In this document: positions 50,143 to 63,975 of the stretch, one piece after another | Position numbering within the stretch: the first letter of the stretch is position 1 | Layout of the letters: every line of letters starts with the position of its first letter | Assembly (NCBI RefSeq): GCF_001194135.2 | Contig: NC_068984.1 | Coordinates: 25,442,355 to 25,506,354 of the forward strand | Direction of reading: 5' to 3' | Length of the DNA stretch: 64,000 nucleotides | Source of the DNA: Octopus bimaculoides | Taxonomy: Eukaryota | Notes under the pieces: generated by a model | Database searches by the model: none | The model's input: only the letters and a program-made list of their open reading frames with translations | What the model was told of the DNA's origin: nothing | Position numbers and translations under genes: made by a program

Positions 50143-50577
50143 ATCATCATCATCATCATCATCATCGTTTAACGTCCGCTTTCCATGCTAGCATGGGTTG
50201 GACGATTTGACTGAGGACTGGTGAAACCGGATGGCAACACCAGGCTCCAATCTAATTTGGCAGAGTTTCTACAGCTGGATGCCCTTCCTAACGCCAACCA
50301 CTCAGAGAGTGTAGTGGGTGCTTTTACGTGTCACCCGCACGAAAACGGCCACGCTCGAAATGGTGTCTTTTATGTGCCACCCGCACAAGCCAGTCCAGGG
50401 GCACTGGCAACGATCTCACTCGAAAATCCTACGGGAGCCAGTCAGGCGGTACTGGCAACGGCCACGCTCAAAATGGTGCATCTCATGTGCCACCCGCACA
50501 AGAGCCAGTCCAGGGGCACTGGCAACGATCTTACTTGGCTTGCCGGATCTTCTCACGCACAGCACATTTCCAGTGGC
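50143..50577 (-). mobile_element. 5'-truncated RTE LINE retaining the last ORF2 codons and complete 3' UTR
   Basis: Minus 50575-50531 reads HWKCAVREKIRQAK*, followed by the GC-rich tandem UTR and (ATG)n tail; tttaat on both flanks. Confidence 0.85.
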
Positions 50578-50710
50578 TTTAATATTATTATTATTATTAT
50601 TATCCCTATTTTCTTGTACTATCCCATCCAGCATGTGCCTACCTCTTACATGAACTAGTTCCCCCACTATGCTGAATTTTTATGGGAATTTCGAAAAAAT
50701 GTAAATTATA

Positions 50711-50837
50711 CAGGGTGTCCACAAAGTCTGGGTACATAGGGATTAACACATACTTTAAGAAATTATTATTTCTTACATTTAATTGTTTATGTTATGATTT
50801 TATTTATTCCATGTACCCAGACTTTGTGGGCACCCTG
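50711..50837. mobile_element. Tc1/mariner-type MITE (127 bp)
   Basis: TA|cagggtgtccacaaagtctgggtacat ... atgtacccagactttgtgggcaccctg|TA; 27-bp TIR with one mismatch. Confidence 0.92.
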
Positions 50838-51344
50838 TATAATAAAATTATATTGGATCTTGATGCATCATCGGTCATGTTTTCTGCTCAATGCTAACAC
50901 AATATCCCATTCATATTCTAACCCCAACAAAGATACTTTTAAAAATATTTTTAAAACATACATATTGTACCTGATTTGAACGTTTCTAAGAAAAATTACA
51001 ACCCCTATAGTACCCTCTTGACATTTTCCATCCCTTGTAAACTTCTAGTGGAATACTAGCTGCCCAGGCAAAGAAACACTGTATTAGAGCAACAATAGTT
51101 GTTTGGGATTTGGAGGAGTTAAACAGAAGAACCTAACAGCTTCTTTACTCACATAGTGAGTTCCTGCCTAATAAATTAGATTTGATTTTCTGTAATAGTA
51201 AAGGAAAGTTCCAAATTAATTATTCTGGCAACACTAAATTCTAATAACAGATAAAAGGAACAAGGACATATAGACACAAGATTTATTACTGCTGTGCCAA
51301 GGAATCCAATGAGCCAACAAGGTAACTTTTACATAGATTTGGCT

Positions 51345-51675
51345 TCTATTCTCATCATCATCATTTAATGTCCACTTTTCCATGCTTGCATGGGTCAGAT
51401 GGAATTTGTTGAGGCAGATTTTCAATGATTTGGATGCTTTTCCTGTCACCAACCTTCATCTGTTTCCAAGCAAGTAATATTTCCCATGGCCATACATATT
51501 TTTCATGGAAGGCTGGAAACAAACAATATGCTTGTTGCAACTATATGATATCAAAACAAGGGTCAGTTTCTGTCTACCAAATCCACTCACAAGGCTTTGG
51601 TTGGCCCAAGGTGCCATGCAATGGCATTGAACCCAAGACCACATGGTTGGGAAGCAAGTTCTTAACCATATAGCC
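51345..51675 (-). mobile_element. SINE family C (internally deleted)
   Basis: catcatcatcatttaatgtccacttttccatgc ... ctaccaaatccactcacaaggctttgg ... ggttgggaagcaag. Confidence 0.72.
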
Positions 51676-53339
51676 AATGTACCCGATATGTTGAATGAAG
51701 GTTACATTTTTTTTACTATCTAAATCTTAGAATAGCATACGTAGTATCTTTAGATGACTATAGTTAGGTTAGTCAAATGTTTTCTCTGATCAACTACATA
51801 TCTACTGAAAGTCTGCTGAAGCAAAGCTGGCTAAGGCTATTGCATTTACCAATAATAGCAACACTAAGAACAACTATATGTGAACATTATAGTGCCATCA
51901 ACTAATATAACGTAAACTAACACGGCAGGGATAAATGCCATATGATGGAGACATACAACACAACAGAGATTAATTTTGAAAGCTGATGATGATGATGATG
52001 ATGATGATGATATTGATAAGATCTTTATTACTTTTAAAATTATAGTAATATTTAGAGAGAAAGAAAAAAGTATTAGCAATACTATCATTTAAGAAATTTC
52101 CAGAAAGATTCCTCAGAGCAGATTGTAAAGGTTTATAATGCAAAATATCAAAAAAATGGAACTATGACATTTCAAAGACATTCAAGAAAAACATCTTTAC
52201 TTGGGTAGTTACAGCAATTACCAAAACTATTGAAGTACTGATGCTGCTAAAATGTGATACTAATTTCTATTATATTTCAGTGTTTTCACTTTCAGCTTTA
52301 ATTTCCATCAATGAACCCATTTCATCTTTCTTACTATTTAGAAACTTCCTATTTCTTTTTCTTTGTTCATAAAAGCATGGAGTAGGTGGTTCAACTACTG
52401 TTAATATGAATTATTGAAGCAGGTGCTTTATGGTTTGATAATTAACTACTCAACAACGGATAGGCAATTACACATATTTATTAATTCTTTCTTCTTTGAA
52501 TATATTACAGTTGAAATTTTTCTCAAAGACTCAAATTCCCAATGCATTCAAACACACACACACACCATATGCAAACATATACACATACACAGATTAGATA
52601 TAAACATTTTCTACAAAATTTCTGAAAGATCACTGTATAGATTTGCTCCTCATCTTTCCAGTTACTTTCAAAATGATTACAGAAGATTCCTAGTTACCTC
52701 TATACAGCCCGTATACAAAGAAAACAAAAACACTAAGCAAAATGCAGTGAGCATGAAAATATTCATTTGAAATATGAAAATTAGACAGACTGTCTCGAAA
52801 TTTAGACAAACTGTCTTGATGTATAATTTAAATTGTGAAGATGACAGCATCACTAAGCATGATTAAGCTACAAATGATACATTATAAAAACATCACACAC
52901 AACATCATTAGCAAGTAATAACATTTGTGGTGATGATGACCAAATAAATATTAGCATTTATAATACCATAAAAATCATTCATAAAATATCAACAAAATTT
53001 ACTGAAAAAGGAAAAAAGTAAAAAGAAATATAGTCATGATAATGAAATGAAAATACAATTAATAAATGAATGAAGCATAACAAATATGAAATTATTAATC
53101 CTGAAGTGAACTAGCAAATAATACTTGATTTTAGCTGCTCTTCCATGTCACCCAAATGATTGCCCCACTCCTACTTATACTTCCTGCCATACTCCAACTC
53201 TTCCTAATTACAAATTCCATTTTGATAAATTCAGAACCTAGACAAGCTATCGACACCTTATCTGCCACATTTCATAGCAAAGCAAAGCACAGGAATAACC
53301 AAATAAAATTGGATTTTAATTTTAAAATGGTGTAAGGGG

Positions 53340-53394
53340 AATGTGTGTGTGTGTGAGACAGAGAGAGAGAAGGTGTGTGTGTGTGTGTGTGTGT

Positions 53395-53475
<81 letters not shown>

Positions 53476-53607
53476 GTGTGTGTGTGTATGTGTATGCTTG
53501 GATCCATGTGACTAGGGATATCTTTAAGTGTGTGTGTGCTTGTGTGAATGTAGTAGCTGTGCTTCTATGTATGTGTAAGAGAAGAGAAAGAAACAAAAAC
53601 ATAGTTG

Positions 53608-53660
<53 letters not shown>
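53340..53660. repeat. Compound (GT)n/(GA)n microsatellites
   Basis: Direct reading. Confidence 0.92.
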
Positions 53661-53820
53661 TGGAAGTGAGCTCCATCAGGTTTTACTTCAGCAACAGACT
53701 GTTTTAATTTAGAAAAATTTTCTTCAATAACGAAGGAAATTCATATTAAAGGCCTGTTCACCAAGTAAGTTGAGAAAGAGAGAGAGAGAAAGAGAGAGAG
53801 AGAGAAAGAAAGAGAGAGAA

Positions 53821-53851
<31 letters not shown>

Positions 53852-54244
53852 CATCTAACTTTTCTTGGTGCTCCTACTAATTTTCTTTTCTTCCAAAGAA
53901 TGTGGCAACAGGGTTTTAGCTATTAGCAGAGAATCCAGTGAACACCTCCAAAATTACTTTTCAAACATGTTTCTCATTTCTTTTACATCTATCATGTTGC
54001 CCTGTTTTCTCACTCAATAGCAGGAAGGTGATACCTAGCATAATACATGCCCAAAAAACCATGAATGGAAATAAATTGGGAAGAAAATTCTTCACTCAGA
54101 CAGAATCTAATCTTGCCATCACATTTGCTTCTGTGACTGTTTCAAACACCAATAGAGAACAAACTGAGAGATTCTGTGAGATTTAAAACTCAATATTATT
54201 GAAATATATAATATTACAAGAGCTCAAAATATATATAACATTTT

Positions 54245-54473
54245 TTTGTGTCTTACTTGTTTCAGTCACTGGACTGTGGCCATACTGGAGCACTGCTTTG
54301 AAGGGCTCAGCCGAACAAATTGACCCCAGTAATTATTTTATGTTTGATATTTATTCTGTCAATCTCTTTTGATGAAATTACAGGGATGTAAACAAACTAA
54401 CACCAGTTGCCAAGTGGTGGTGGTGGTGGAAAGAAACACAAATGCATGCCCACACATATATAAATATATGGAG

Positions 54474-54508
<35 letters not shown>

Positions 54509-54539
54509 CACACACACATATATACATATGCATGCATCT

Positions 54540-54560
<21 letters not shown>
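54245..54560 (-). mobile_element. SINE family A 3' part ending in a microsatellite
   Basis: cttacttgtttcagtcactggactgtggccatactggagcac... Confidence 0.7.
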
Positions 54561-54570
<10 letters not shown>

Positions 54571-55169
54571 GTCAAATTGAATAATTGAACATTAAAAATA
54601 ATGATAACAAAACAACAAGAGGACATACACATGGAATGTATTAGCTTGACGGTCAGTAAAAAGAGAGGGCTGAAAACCATGTAGCACCAAGTTTAATTCC
54701 GCAGCATGTCACTTGGGGCAAGTGTCTTCTCTACCACAGACTCAGATCAGTCAAAGGTTTCAGAGAAAACTGTGTGAAAGCACATCAGGTGTATATAAGC
54801 AGAATGATGGTGGTGATGATGATGATAACAATGATGATGTGTGTGTGTGTATGTAGACACAAAATTCCATGTGGGATTTGACTCTATACAAGTTACACTC
54901 CTTTTGGCTCAGACTAGTTCTGTGTGTCATCTCTTAAGAAAGCAATAAAGTAAGTACCAGATAAAAGTATTAGTCGTCTTGTAGTCTAGTAATCAACTGA
55001 AACCAGTAAATGATTAAAAGAACATGTGCACACACACACATGTATGTATGTATACATGTATGCATATATATGTGTGTATATATATATTTATATACACACA
55101 CAAACACACACAATCACAGACATACATTTATACAAAAACACACCTATATCTACACACACACACAGAGTA

Positions 55170-55910
55170 ACAGGTAAGGGCTGGTAGCTGGAAAGGCCAG
55201 ATGCTTGTGAGAGTTAGCATCAAATTAAGAAAGGTATTTAGCTTACAGAAAGATATCCATGAGGACCTGGTTCTTAGTCGTCTCCTCTTATTAAAGTTCT
55301 CTCTGTAATAACAGAGGAGTTTGTAGCTGTCTATCTGTAAAACACCTAATTCTCAACCAAATCAGAAGACTTAGAGAAGCAGTTGTGTGTGCGAAAGCTA
55401 TGGCCTAAATACCAACATAGCAAATAAAAAAAAAAGTTTTAGGTAACTAGAAAGACTACAATTTGGGAAGTGGCTGTGCTCAAAATGAAGGAAAGAGCTA
55501 AAAGGGATCTCTACATTGAATGTTTGTGCAAACTTTGGGTGCACAAAAGTTGCAGTGAGATCCCAGGCAAGCTGACAAATAGCAAGGTGTTTGTATGTAA
55601 ATGATGCACATTAGTTAACAATAAGTGCACACAAAAAATAAATCCTTACAACTACCCAGCAGGCTTACTAGAAATAGTTGATAGCTTCTATCAACTAGGA
55701 AACTCTTCCTCTAACCCAACCCATGCTAACCTGCATCCCCACCTACTCTCCCTCATATATCCACCTGTACACAATATGTCCCTGCTGAGTCTTTTTCCCC
55801 ACAACATATCCTCACAGTACCCCCTCCCTCTACCTGTACCCACTCATTACAACCCCTCCCACCATCTATTTTCACAGTCTCAAGAACTCACCTACTCACT
55901 GTCACATTCA
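55170..55910 (+). pseudogene. RTE LINE reverse-transcriptase remnant with an internal PHD-like finger
   Basis: Broken frames: VRVS..FSLQKDIHEDLVLSRLLL (VHQGSVLSPLLF-like), ITEEF, ESYGLNTNIANK, GKWLCSK*RK, CLCKLWVHKSCSEIPGKLTNSKVFVCK*CT, LEIVDSFYQLG. Confidence 0.75.
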
Positions 55911-56144
55911 CCCCCCCCCCCCCATCTTCTCTCTCTCGTTTTTTTCATTTTACCCTTTCTCTCCACTCCTTCCCCATCTGAAGCAGTCATGTTTCCTTCT
56001 AATGTAAAACTCTCTTTTCTGTCCCCCCCCCCCCCNNNNNNNNNNNNNNNNNNNNNNNNNNNNNNNNNNNNNNNNNNNNNNNNNNNNNNNNNNNNNNNNN
56101 NNNNNNNNNNNNNNCCCCCGACATTATTCCCTGCCTCAGTTGAG

Positions 56145-56355
56145 AGGTTTTGTCTTGCAAGTTACTTGATTTCATTGCAGCTGGTGCCATGAGAAAAGCA
56201 CCCAGTACAATCTGTAAAGTGGTCGGTGTTAGGAAGGGCATCAGCTATAAAAACCATACCAAAGCAGACAGTAGGGATTGGTGCAGTCTTTTTGACTTGC
56301 CAGTTCCTATGGAACTGTCCAACCCATGCCAGCATGGAAAACAGATATTAAATGA
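56145..56355 (+). mobile_element. Older RTE 3' UTR copy
   Basis: aaaagcacccagtac...aggaagggcatc...ccaacccatgccagcatggaaaacagatattaaatga. Confidence 0.7.
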
Positions 56356-58339
56356 GGAGAAAAAAGAGTAAGAGGAGGATGACACATGTGTACATGTGAG
56401 CATGTGCATGAATGTATATACATGTGATAGCAGATACTGTATATTGCTGCTGTAAGTTGCAATTAGTTCCATCTTTCCGTTCATGGTGTGGGGTGGTTTG
56501 TGATATATTTCCTTGTCAAACATAGATTGCATTATTTTGAGCCATTACTAGATAAAATATACCAATTTTACCAGATAAAATATACCAATTGATGTTGGTA
56601 GACCCAACTTTTGTTTTTACCAGATGTACTTTGAGAGGAATGTAGCTCATTATGTTGATATAGTTGGCTCTTTAAAATGCTTTGCTTTATTCTTTAAAAG
56701 AATATTATTTTCTTATTCTTGTAACATGTTACTAGAAGCCAGATAGTAGTAGGCTTATCAAAAATGATTATAAACACAGATAGAATGATAAGATAGTAAC
56801 TTTGTGGTCTGAAATGCCAGCATTCGTGTTCCTCTCAGGAAAAGAAGTAGTAAATGCTTTTACACAGGAATGTGTTCATTCAAAGTACAATGAAAAGAAG
56901 AAGAATGTCAATTTTATTGCTTTTACACAGGAATGCGCTCATTCAAAATATGAGGTAAAGATGGATAATGCCTGTTTTATTTCAAGATAAGTTAGCTATT
57001 TAATTATTATAACCTGGAACTAATAACTGATTAAAAACCAGCTTATAACTTTTTAAAACCTTTCCTTTTAATTAGATATAACGTTGCTTCAAAAGAACTA
57101 TGGTACTTTGGGTATTTTTCAACACATGCATGCATCTATCTAAGTCCAATCCCTGCACAAGCTTTTGGGCATATCCAATTTCTTTTCCCAATCTTCGGGT
57201 TTATGTAATGACTCTGGAAGGTAGGGATGAGAATTAATGCAATAATCCTGTTAGAAGTTAGATAGAGAAAAAAAAAGAAAAGAATTTTGGATATTTCTCG
57301 TTAAATGCAGTAATTTTTTTTATCTAACAGAATCATAATTACATGCCATGTCTATAACTTAGAAATACCATGAAGAAAGTTAGTCTTGTCAGATATGAAA
57401 CATGTTTTACTGTCATTCTCAATTAAAACATTGACTAGAAACTGTTATACTTACTCATATTTGACAGAGTTTTTGGCTAAGTAAACTGCTGCCTACATTA
57501 TAAGATCTGACAAATAACTATTAAAAACATATCAATTGCTCAGAGTTTAATTTATGCATAGCTTAATTACTGCTACAATAGTGCTGCCACCAATATACCT
57601 CCACATGAATCCTTCCTTCAAATTAATATATTTATCTTTCTAAACATTTTCCAATATTGCTAAAATAGGAGGTGGGGGAGAAAGAAGGAATGAAAAAAAA
57701 CATGGAAGGAGAAAAAATATGAAAATCAAGTTTCTGAGTAATTGCCTTGAATCATAGAGATAAGATGCCAGAGCCCCCTAGCCACACACACAAAAAAAAA
57801 ATCAATTACATTTGAAGATATCTATTTTTTCACAAACATTCACAGTGGTGGTTTCTTTATGTTGCAATAATTATGTTTCTTGTTCCTCAAGCCTTTCCAA
57901 TTACAGTAAAGAAAAACATTTACATTTTTTTTTTCAGCTTTATTTATTTTTGCGTGCTTGATGCATTGCTTAATTACATTCTATAAAACCATGAGATCAG
58001 TTAGAAACTATAAGAAAAAATATATACCATCACCAAATGAGAAGATGGTGTCAAAGTAGAAAAAATATGACATATTATGATGCACTTGTTAACTAAAATA
58101 TCCATCAACTAGCAGCAAATGCATATAATCTCAAACTAAATCTCGACTTAGTATTAATGCATCTCACCATATTTACCACAAAGTGCAGAGATTTCTTTGC
58201 TATTACATAAAATGTTAAAGCACCAAACTAGAAAATTTATTGCTTTTACTGTTTGATTTTATTTACAATAGATGCTATATTTTTACCTCTAAATATATAA
58301 ATACATCACATCATACTCTTTCTGGCCTGGAATTTTATG

Positions 58340-58480
58340 GAAGGGAGCTAGTCAATTATATCAACCCCAGTGCTCAGCTGGTACTTATTTTATTGACCCC
58401 GAGAGGATGAAAGGCAAGTCAACTCCTAACATAAAACCAAAAGAAATGCTGTGAAGCATTTTGTCTTCCAGCTCACCACC
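58340..58480 (-). mobile_element. SINE family D fragment
   Basis: tatcaaccccagtgctcagctggtacttattttattgaccccgagaggatgaaaggcaagtc. Confidence 0.7.
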
Positions 58481-58689
58481 TTAATATATCGAAATATATA
58501 AAACCAATAGATAGCTGTACAATGGGTGTGGACACATAAATCAATTTTAAATATTTTCTTTATTAAGTGTAAAGATAGTTTATTATACAAAAATATTGGA
58601 GAAAACATAGCAAAATTTTAATGATTTTCCCATGAAAATGTCAACTGCATCAACTGGTTATGTGGAGATTAACATAAAATTACTTGATA

Positions 58690-58935
58690 CAATAGAGGCA
58701 GGCATGGATGTGTGAACACAGAGTTGGCTTTGTAACTAAACAGTCTCAAGTTCTATCTCACAATGTGGCACCTTGGGCAAGTGTCTTCTAGCCTCAAGTC
58801 TAAGGTTGATGAATCCATTGAGTGAAATTGGTAGGTGGAAACTGTAAGGAAGCATGCTTTGTAAGCAAGGAAGAGTGTCTGTATATGTATATATGTAAAT
58901 TTAGCGTTGTGTGTGTGTGTGTGTGTGCGTGCATG
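58690..58935 (+). mobile_element. SINE family A 5' half
   Basis: ggcaccttgggcaagtgtcttctag...gaaattggtaggtggaaactg, then (TG)n. Confidence 0.65.
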
Positions 58936-59250
58936 CACATGCATGCATGTCTGTTTCTGAGTATATACCTAAATTCTATATTCCGCATCAAAAACAAAAA
59001 ACAATAGCATTTGTTAGCATTCTCTGTTAGCAAATCATTTTGTATTTCTCTACTTTCAAAGACAAGTAGAATAAACGGGGGGGGGGCATTCATTACTTGG
59101 AAAACACATAAGGGTTAAGAACCAGAAAGGCAACGCTTGAAATATGTATTTATCCAACCCATACTAGCATGGAAAAACAGATATAAAATGTACTAACAAT
59201 CTATGAACAAATATGAAGTAGATAAATGATTTGTAAATAGATCTTAGTTT

Positions 59251-59689
59251 CATCATCATCATTGTTTAACGTCCGCTTTCCACGCTAGCATGGATTGGAT
59301 GATTTGACTGAGGACTGGCAAACCAGATGGCTGCACCAGGCTCCGATCTGATCTGGCAGAGTTTCTACAGCTGGATGCCCTTCCTAACACCAACCACTCC
59401 GAGAGTGCAGTGGGTGCTTTTACGTGCCACCGGCACAAGGGTCAGTCGGGCAGTACTGGCAACAGCTACGCTGAAAATGGTTTTTTTTACATGCCAGTGG
59501 CACTGGCAACGACCTCACTCAAATGTTTTTTCACATGCCACCGGCACAAGTGCCAGTAAGGCAATGCTGGTAATGATCACGCTCAAATGGTGCTATTTAT
59601 GTGCCACCGGCACGGAAGCCGTACAGCTGCTCTGGCAATGATCACGCTCGGACGGCGCTGTTAGCGCACCACTGGCACAGGTGCCAGTC
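59251..59689 (-). mobile_element. RTE 3' UTR (family B) with an expanded tandem array
   Basis: Young tail plus about five tgccaccggcac/ggcaacga.cacgctc units. Confidence 0.88.
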
Positions 59690-59816
59690 TAATTATTATT
59701 ACTATAGTGTAACCCCACTATAGTTGTTATTGAGCAAACAAATGATTATGGAAATTTCATTCATGCCCATCCCATCATTCATTTAGATATAATGAACCCA
59801 GGACCACAATATACAG

Positions 59817-60034
59817 TAGTGTTTTTCAACCACTTTTTGCTCATGGGCCCCATATATACCTATTTTACTCTACTAGACCCCAATGTTAAAATAAAAATCC
59901 TATTATATTTTTATAATTAAATATTAGGAATTGTATATAAAAATTTTAATATTTTGTGTATTGCAGACGTATAACCAATTTATTGCTCATAAATTTTAAC
60001 AAAATCTTACATGAAGCCTAGTTGAGAACCACTG
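59817..60034. mobile_element. hAT (Charlie-like) MITE, same family as 29485-30057
   Basis: tagtgtttttcaacc ... gttgagaaccactg; shared internal aggaattgtat...accaatttatt. Confidence 0.72.
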
Positions 60035-61201
60035 TTATATATAGTATGTCGTTCCTCTAAGAGGGAGATTTAGCTGCTACTTTTAGCAGCAGTTAAATTT
60101 TTAGAAGATTGGGGGACTGTGTAGAAATTCCCTTTATTAGCTGGTATGGTAATAATAGTCTACAAAGTGGAAACAACAGCATTCTTTAAAATTTCATTTA
60201 AAAATTTGCTCAATTAAATTATCCTAATTTTCTTTTTAATTGACAATGTTGAAAATGTATGAAATATATGAGTGCGTGTATGTATGTATATATATATTTT
60301 CTTTCTCTTGGTTCTCCTAAGTCATTTCCCTATTATATATATATACACACACACACACACATTCATACACACACACATTCATACACACACAACAAATCAT
60401 ATATAATTTTTATTTAACAACAATGTTAAAAATGAATACATATATGCATACATTGTGTATTTATATACATATATACAATTAAATAATATATAATTTTATT
60501 TAACAACAATGTTAAAAATGAATATGAATACACACACACACACACACACACACGCACATCTAAAATATAATCCAAAACCAAAGCAACATGGTGAATTTTC
60601 ATGCAATAGTTCATTTTTACGAATTTGCTTTCATTTATTTCTTTATCTTTTTCTTCTTTGTGCTATGATTTTCAAAAATGCTACAGGCAAGAATGATTAA
60701 TTAGACCTTATTGAAACACTTTTCATCAAAAATTGGGAAAAAAAGATTGCAAGCAAATAAAGCATTCGTGATGTCTGAAAATTTTACCACTTGAAGAATA
60801 CAGGAGGAATTTGGTGATTATGATATGGGGAAAATAAATATAACACAACTCAACAAGTAATGTAAAAATTTGCAAGGCAAGAGATATTGATTAATGGCTT
60901 CAATGGAATGATTGAAAAGGAAAGGAATGTGAAGAATGCGTATTTCTTACACCTTCTACAACATGCAATACCAACAAACCAAAATATTTATATCCATACA
61001 TGTCGGTGGGAGTCTGATTTGCAGTATTTTCACACACAAACACACAGACAAATACACAATGTGCACAGTTATACACACACATACATATACTTACATGCAT
61101 ATATACATATATTCATGTACATGCAATGAGTGTGTGCATGCGTGGGTGTGGGTGTATACATAGACATAAACAGATAAGCATTTATATATATATATATATA
61201 T

Positions 61202-61475
61202 ATCATCATCATCATCATCATCATCATCATTTAACATCCGCTTTCCATGCTGGCATGGGATGGATGGTTTGATTTTAGACTGGCAAGCCAGGAGGCTGCA
61301 ATCTGATCTGGCAAGGTTTGTACAGCTGGATGCCCTTCCTAATGCCAACCACTCCAAGAGTGTAACGGGTGCTTTTTACATGCCACCGGCATGGAACCCA
61401 GTCAGGCTGCACTGGCTTCGGCCACACTCGAATGGTGCTTTTTATGTGTCACCGGTACAGGTGCCATTCAAGCGG

Positions 61476-61479
<4 letters not shown>
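61202..61479 (-). mobile_element. RTE 3' UTR (family B)
   Basis: (ATC)n, catttaacatccgctttccatgc, cagctggatgcccttcctaatgccaacc. Confidence 0.82.
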
Positions 61480-61530
<51 letters not shown>

Positions 61531-62289
61531 TACATACATATACATGTATATAAATATACACATATACACAAATTTCTGAACCCTTTTATGTCGCCTACTA
61601 CAGGAGTGTCTACAGTGTATGTATGTCTGTGCATGCACATGTGTGTGCGCACGCGCACATGTGTATGTTTGTGTGTCTTAACAATAACATTGCTTGGGCA
61701 TGAATGATGTTTGTGGTCTGCATAAACAATATGTCATGCACCTCAGTAGTTCAATGTATGAAGACCAGTGGAATAAAGAACTGAATCAGAAAGCAAGGAT
61801 TGGCATCATAAACAGTATCCAGCTACAGAATACTGCTTCAAAAAGCCTTGTCCAACCCATGCCAGCACAGAAAAAGCAAACAAACATTTTAATGCAGGTT
61901 GATGAGACAGCAATCATGAAAGATGAAATACTGTATTTTCCAAGTGTACAAGTTGAAATTTTAGACCAAAATTTACAGCCAAAAAAAGTAGTTCAACTTT
62001 TACAACAAAATGACTTTGGAAGACCAAAAATTCCATGTGAAACGCAGCAGGGTTTGGAAAGATAGCAATGTTGTTTGAAGGTTTACACTAATTGTTTACT
62101 CAATCCATACATTGACAAGTATGCCAGAAAAATAGAATAAAACATTTCAATACTGACTGATTGGCTGATTAAGGTAATACAATCACAGACTATAGATTAA
62201 CTGTTGTTTAAATCTTTTAATTTTTACTTGTTTCAGTCATTAGACTATAGCCATGCTGGGGTATCGCCTTAAAGGGTTCAGTTGAACAA

Positions 62290-62820
<531 letters not shown>

Positions 62821-62824
62821 ATTG

Positions 62825-63085
62825 GCCCCAGGACCTATCTTTTAAATCTGGTGTCTACTATATCACTCATTTTTTGCCAAACTGTTAAGTTATGAGAATA
62901 TAAGCATAAGCTAATGCAAATTCTCAAGCAGGAGTGGGACAAACACACACACACAACAAGCTTCCACACAGTTTCTATCTAACAAATTCACTCACAAGGC
63001 ATTGGTCAGCCCAGGGCTATAGCAGGAGACACTTGCCCAAGGTGTTGCACAGTGGGTTTGAACCTAAAACCCACAAGGCTGAAAG
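62825..63085 (-). mobile_element. SINE family A
   Basis: Reverse copy abutting the previous tail; ctcacaaggcattggtcagcccagggctatagcaggagacacttgcccaagg. Confidence 0.75.
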
Positions 63086-63704
63086 TCAAACTTTAAATAT
63101 TTGAGTCGAATCCCTGACTAAAAAAATGTTACTCTATGTAACTCAAAATTCCTTTAGTAAGAAATTTGTATTGATCTCATATCAGAGTATTGCTAAAATC
63201 TTAAGTTAAAAATACAAGTATAGTGTTTAACAATTGATTTTCTTCTTTTAGAAAACTTTTTCATGTTATGATTCAAATCAATTATATTTGAACCATAACA
63301 TTAAAAAACTGCTTTATAAAACAATCAATTATTAACAAACACTATTTGTATTTTTAATTTAAGACTTTAGCATTTAAATACTCTTGGTATTTTTTTGTTT
63401 TGGTTTTCTTTTTCTTTTTTTTTTTACTCAAGTGTTTGTACTTTGGACAGAATAATATTTTTCTTTTCTTTTTATCCTTACAGAACTACCCTCAGCCTAA
63501 CATATGTCAATCTTGATTTGAAATTGCCTTTGATGTTACATCACTTAAAATCTCAGTGTAGTGTTATTAACTAGAAAGGTGATACATTCATGAATGAGAT
63601 ATGAACAGACTTAAACTGAATTAGCACAGTCCTCAAAGCCATAAGATCTTTTTGATGTGGCTTTGCCAATGTTGAGAATTTACAGCTTACAGAAATGTTA
63701 AGAT

Positions 63705-63975
63705 GTTGAATCCTAAAATGCATAAAGAGCCCACGCATAGAGAACTTGTGCTGGTACCACATCAAAAAGCACTGGTGCTAGCAACGCATAAAAAGCACCC
63801 AGTACACTTTGTAAAGTGGTTGGTATTAGAAAGGGCATCCGGCTGTAGAAACCGTGCCAAAACAGACTATGGAGTCTGGTGTGGAAAGCCCCCCACCCCT
63901 CACCTTACCAGCTTCAGTCAAACTGTCCAACCCATATCAACATGGAAAACAGATGTATAATGATGATGATGATAT
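63705..63975 (+). mobile_element. Older RTE 3' UTR copy
   Basis: aaaagcacccagtacac...gggcatccggctgtagaaacc...gtccaacccatatcaacatggaaaacagatgtataatgatgatg. Confidence 0.72.

Noticed and set aside
50221-50667. Overlapping 83-145-aa ORFs in GC-rich repeats (also at 8011, 29527 and 59327)
   Set aside because: They lie in the RTE 3' UTR tandem array; ORFs are open on several frames because of the GC content and differ between copies
56023-56119. Poly-C runs as a G-quadruplex element
   Set aside because: They flank a 79-N gap, so true length and sequence are unreliable
56855-56950. Two copies of tgcttttacacaggaatg.g.tcattcaaa, and a 24-bp tandem near 56555-56590
   Set aside because: Simple local slippage duplications with no further structure
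57455-57506. Minus-strand cassette ending SVKYE|gtaagt as the missing upstream RAPGEF2 exon
   Set aside because: Donor position and phase do not fit the conserved exon, and the rest of the peptide does not align
61694-62065. 123-aa ORF with QVDETAI (Merlin-transposase-like) and DEILYFP (RAPGEF2 exon-3-like) words
   Set aside because: Its 5' half is an old RTE tail, the matches are only 5-7 residues, and it is on the wrong strand for RAPGEF2
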